Assembly (NCBI RefSeq): GCF_006345805.1
Contig: NC_043011.1
Span: 4,402,001-4,466,000, forward strand
Reading direction: 5' to 3'
Length of the DNA: 64,000 bases
From: Octopus sinensis
Lineage: Eukaryota
Within the stretch, counting starts at the first letter, position 1, and every line of letters starts with the position of its first letter. The notes below the pieces were generated by a model. It ran no database searches. It was not told the origin of the DNA and saw only the letters and a list, made by a program, of their open reading frames with translations. This document shows, piece after piece, positions 62,076 to 64,000 of the stretch. A program made the translations under genes and the position numbers.

Positions 62076-62850
62076 GGTGAGAATGGATGAAGATAGGTGT
62101 GTGAAAAAGTGCCAATCCCTAGCAGTGGAGGGAACCCGTGGAAGAGGTAGACCCAGGAAAACTTGGGATGAGATGGTGAAGCACGACCTTCGAACTTTAG
62201 GTCTCACTGAGGAAATGACCAGCAACCGAGACCTTTGGAAATTTGCTGTGTGTGAAAAGACCAGGCAGGACAAGTGAGTCCAGCCCACTTATGCATGCCT
62301 TTCCTCCCTTGGACACACAAAGACCTGTTGAGGCAAGCGAAGTCGATATCGAACCTCATCCGACGACAGGCATCTATGCCAACCCCCCTTTGCTTGCGAA
62401 GACCTGTTGGGGCAAGTGAAATCGGAATCGAAATTGAACCAATCCTATGACTGGCACCCGGTAGATACGTAAAAAGCACTATCCGAATTGTGGACGATGC
62501 CAGCGCCGCTTCGACTGGCTTCCGTGTCGGTGGCACGTAAAAAGCACCATCCGAATCGTGGCCGAAGCCAGTGCCGCCTCGACTGGATTCCGTGCAGGTG
62601 GCACGTAAAATGCACCAATCCGACCATGGCCGATGCCAGCCTCGCCTGGCATCAGTGCAGGTGGCACGTAAAAAGCACCCACTACACTCTCGGAGTGGTT
62701 GGCATTAGGAAGGGCATCCAGCTGTAGAAACTTTGCCAGATAAGACCGGAGCCTGGTGCAGCCTTCTGGCTTCCCAGATCCCCGGTCAAACCGTCCAACC
62801 CCTGCTAGCATGGAGAATGGACGTTAAACGATGATGATGATGATGATGAT
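62076..62850 (+). mobile_element. RTE-clade LINE 3' end: ORF C-terminus + long repetitive 3' UTR + (GAT)n tail
   Basis: RMDEDRCVKKC...GTRGRGRPRKTWDE.V..DL..LGL...NRDLWK; the UTR ends GCATGGAGAATGGACGTTAAACGATGATGAT. Confidence 0.9.
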
Positions 62851-63180
62851 ATATATATATATATATGTTTGTACACATATATATAGAAGAGATATATATG
62901 GGGTGGCTGGGTATTTGTACATACCCTTGCCCTGACATCATGTGATCATTGCAAACAAGCATTATCATGCAAGCAGTTTTAGTTGTTTCAAGTCTTGTGT
63001 AAAAAAAGAAGTCTGGCCATGGGGAAATATTTCCTTGTTTGGTAACAGGTGAGGGTTGGTGACAGGGAAGAGCATCCAGCCGTAGAAAATGGACTTTGGT
63101 CAATTCTGTCTGACGTTGATATTTATGTGTGGATGTGTGTATGTATGTTATATTTGTATTCACATATACATGTATTGTAT

Positions 63181-63590
63181 ACTCTTTTACCCTTTTACTT
63201 GTTTCAGTCATTTGACTGCGGCCATGCTGGAGCACCGCCTTTAATCGAGCAACTCAACCCCGGGACTTATTCTTTGTAAGCCCAGTACTTATTCTATCGG
63301 TCTCTTTTGCCGAACCACTAAGTGACGGGGACGTAAACACACCAGCATCGGTTGTCAAGCAATGCTAGGGGGACAAACACAGACACACAAACATACATGC
63401 ACACATATATATATATACATACATACGACAGGCTTCTTTCAGTTTCTGTCTACCAAATCCACTCACAAGGCTTTGGTCGGCCCGAGGCTATAGTAGAAGA
63501 CACTTGCCCAAGGTGCCACGCAGTGGGACTGAACCCGGTACCATGCGGTTGGTAAACAAGCTACTTACCACACAGCCACTCCTGTGCCTA
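63181..63590 (-). mobile_element. SINE family A
   Basis: Reverse-complement full-length copy. Confidence 0.92.
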
Positions 63591-63862
63591 TGTATATTTA
63601 ACAATATGATAAATGGGATGAATGGTAAATTGGGTAAATGAGAAGAGAGGTCATACATCTTTAATTCACCAGTTTATTGTTAAAAGCTTGTAATAGACAC
63701 GACAGTCCAAAAGAGAAGAAGAAAAGAAGCAGAGTAATATCAGAAAGTTCTGTTCATAAAAGTGACTCAGTTGGATAGTTTCTGTTGTTGTGTGTAGATG
63801 TCATGTATATATATTTATGTGTGTGTGTGTGTGAGTGTATAAATATAGGTATATATATATAG

Positions 63863-63934
<72 letters not shown>

Positions 63935-64000
63935 GTATAGATATATATCTATCTATCTCTCTCTATATATATGTATATATATGTGTGTGTGTGTGTGTGC

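Noticed and set aside
62450-62700. CRISPR-like repeat-spacer appearance of the GGCACGTAAAAAGCAC units
   Set aside because: The 'spacers' are homologous to each other, the context is a eukaryotic LINE UTR, and there are no cas genes.
65-63555. Most ORFs in the supplied track (e.g. MLGGQTQ..., MSSNARGT..., poly-Y/I/L/H ORFs, 65-550)
   Set aside because: They are readings of SINE A, RTE UTRs or microsatellites: repeated many times, low complexity, and without splice or domain support.

Overview
This is AT-rich, repeat-saturated animal genomic DNA, most probably Octopus. That assignment is inferred from the tRNA/CORE-type SINE families and the transposon mix, not from a database search. The whole window appears to lie inside one + strand gene encoding an M28B metallopeptidase of the glutamate carboxypeptidase II / NAALADase (FOLH1/NAALAD2/NAALADL1) family. 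Four exons are visible (7169-7258, 35176-35261, 48732-48851, 60396-60478). They splice in frame through GT-AG introns of 27.9, 13.5 and 11.5 kb and carry the zinc-ligand and catalytic motifs HxD, DP and EE. The introns hold about 20 copies of one SINE plus four other SINE families; LINE fragments (RTE, CR1-like, Tx1-like, R4/Dong-like); a split Penelope-like element; a Gypsy pol fragment; one full-length Tc1; three mariners; piggyBac-type MITEs; and a complete non-autonomous Helitron. Several insertions are nested and have readable target-site duplications (TSDs). The most unusual signal is a set of minimal type I hammerhead-ribozyme-like motifs of the Penelope-associated, dimer-requiring kind. 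One has the C3:G8 core pair swapped to G3:C8, one is locked in an 81-bp perfect palindrome, and two lie in tandem exactly 200 nt apart in the host sense orientation. Almost all ORFs in the supplied track are artefacts of SINEs or microsatellites. Boundaries of degenerate repeats are approximate.
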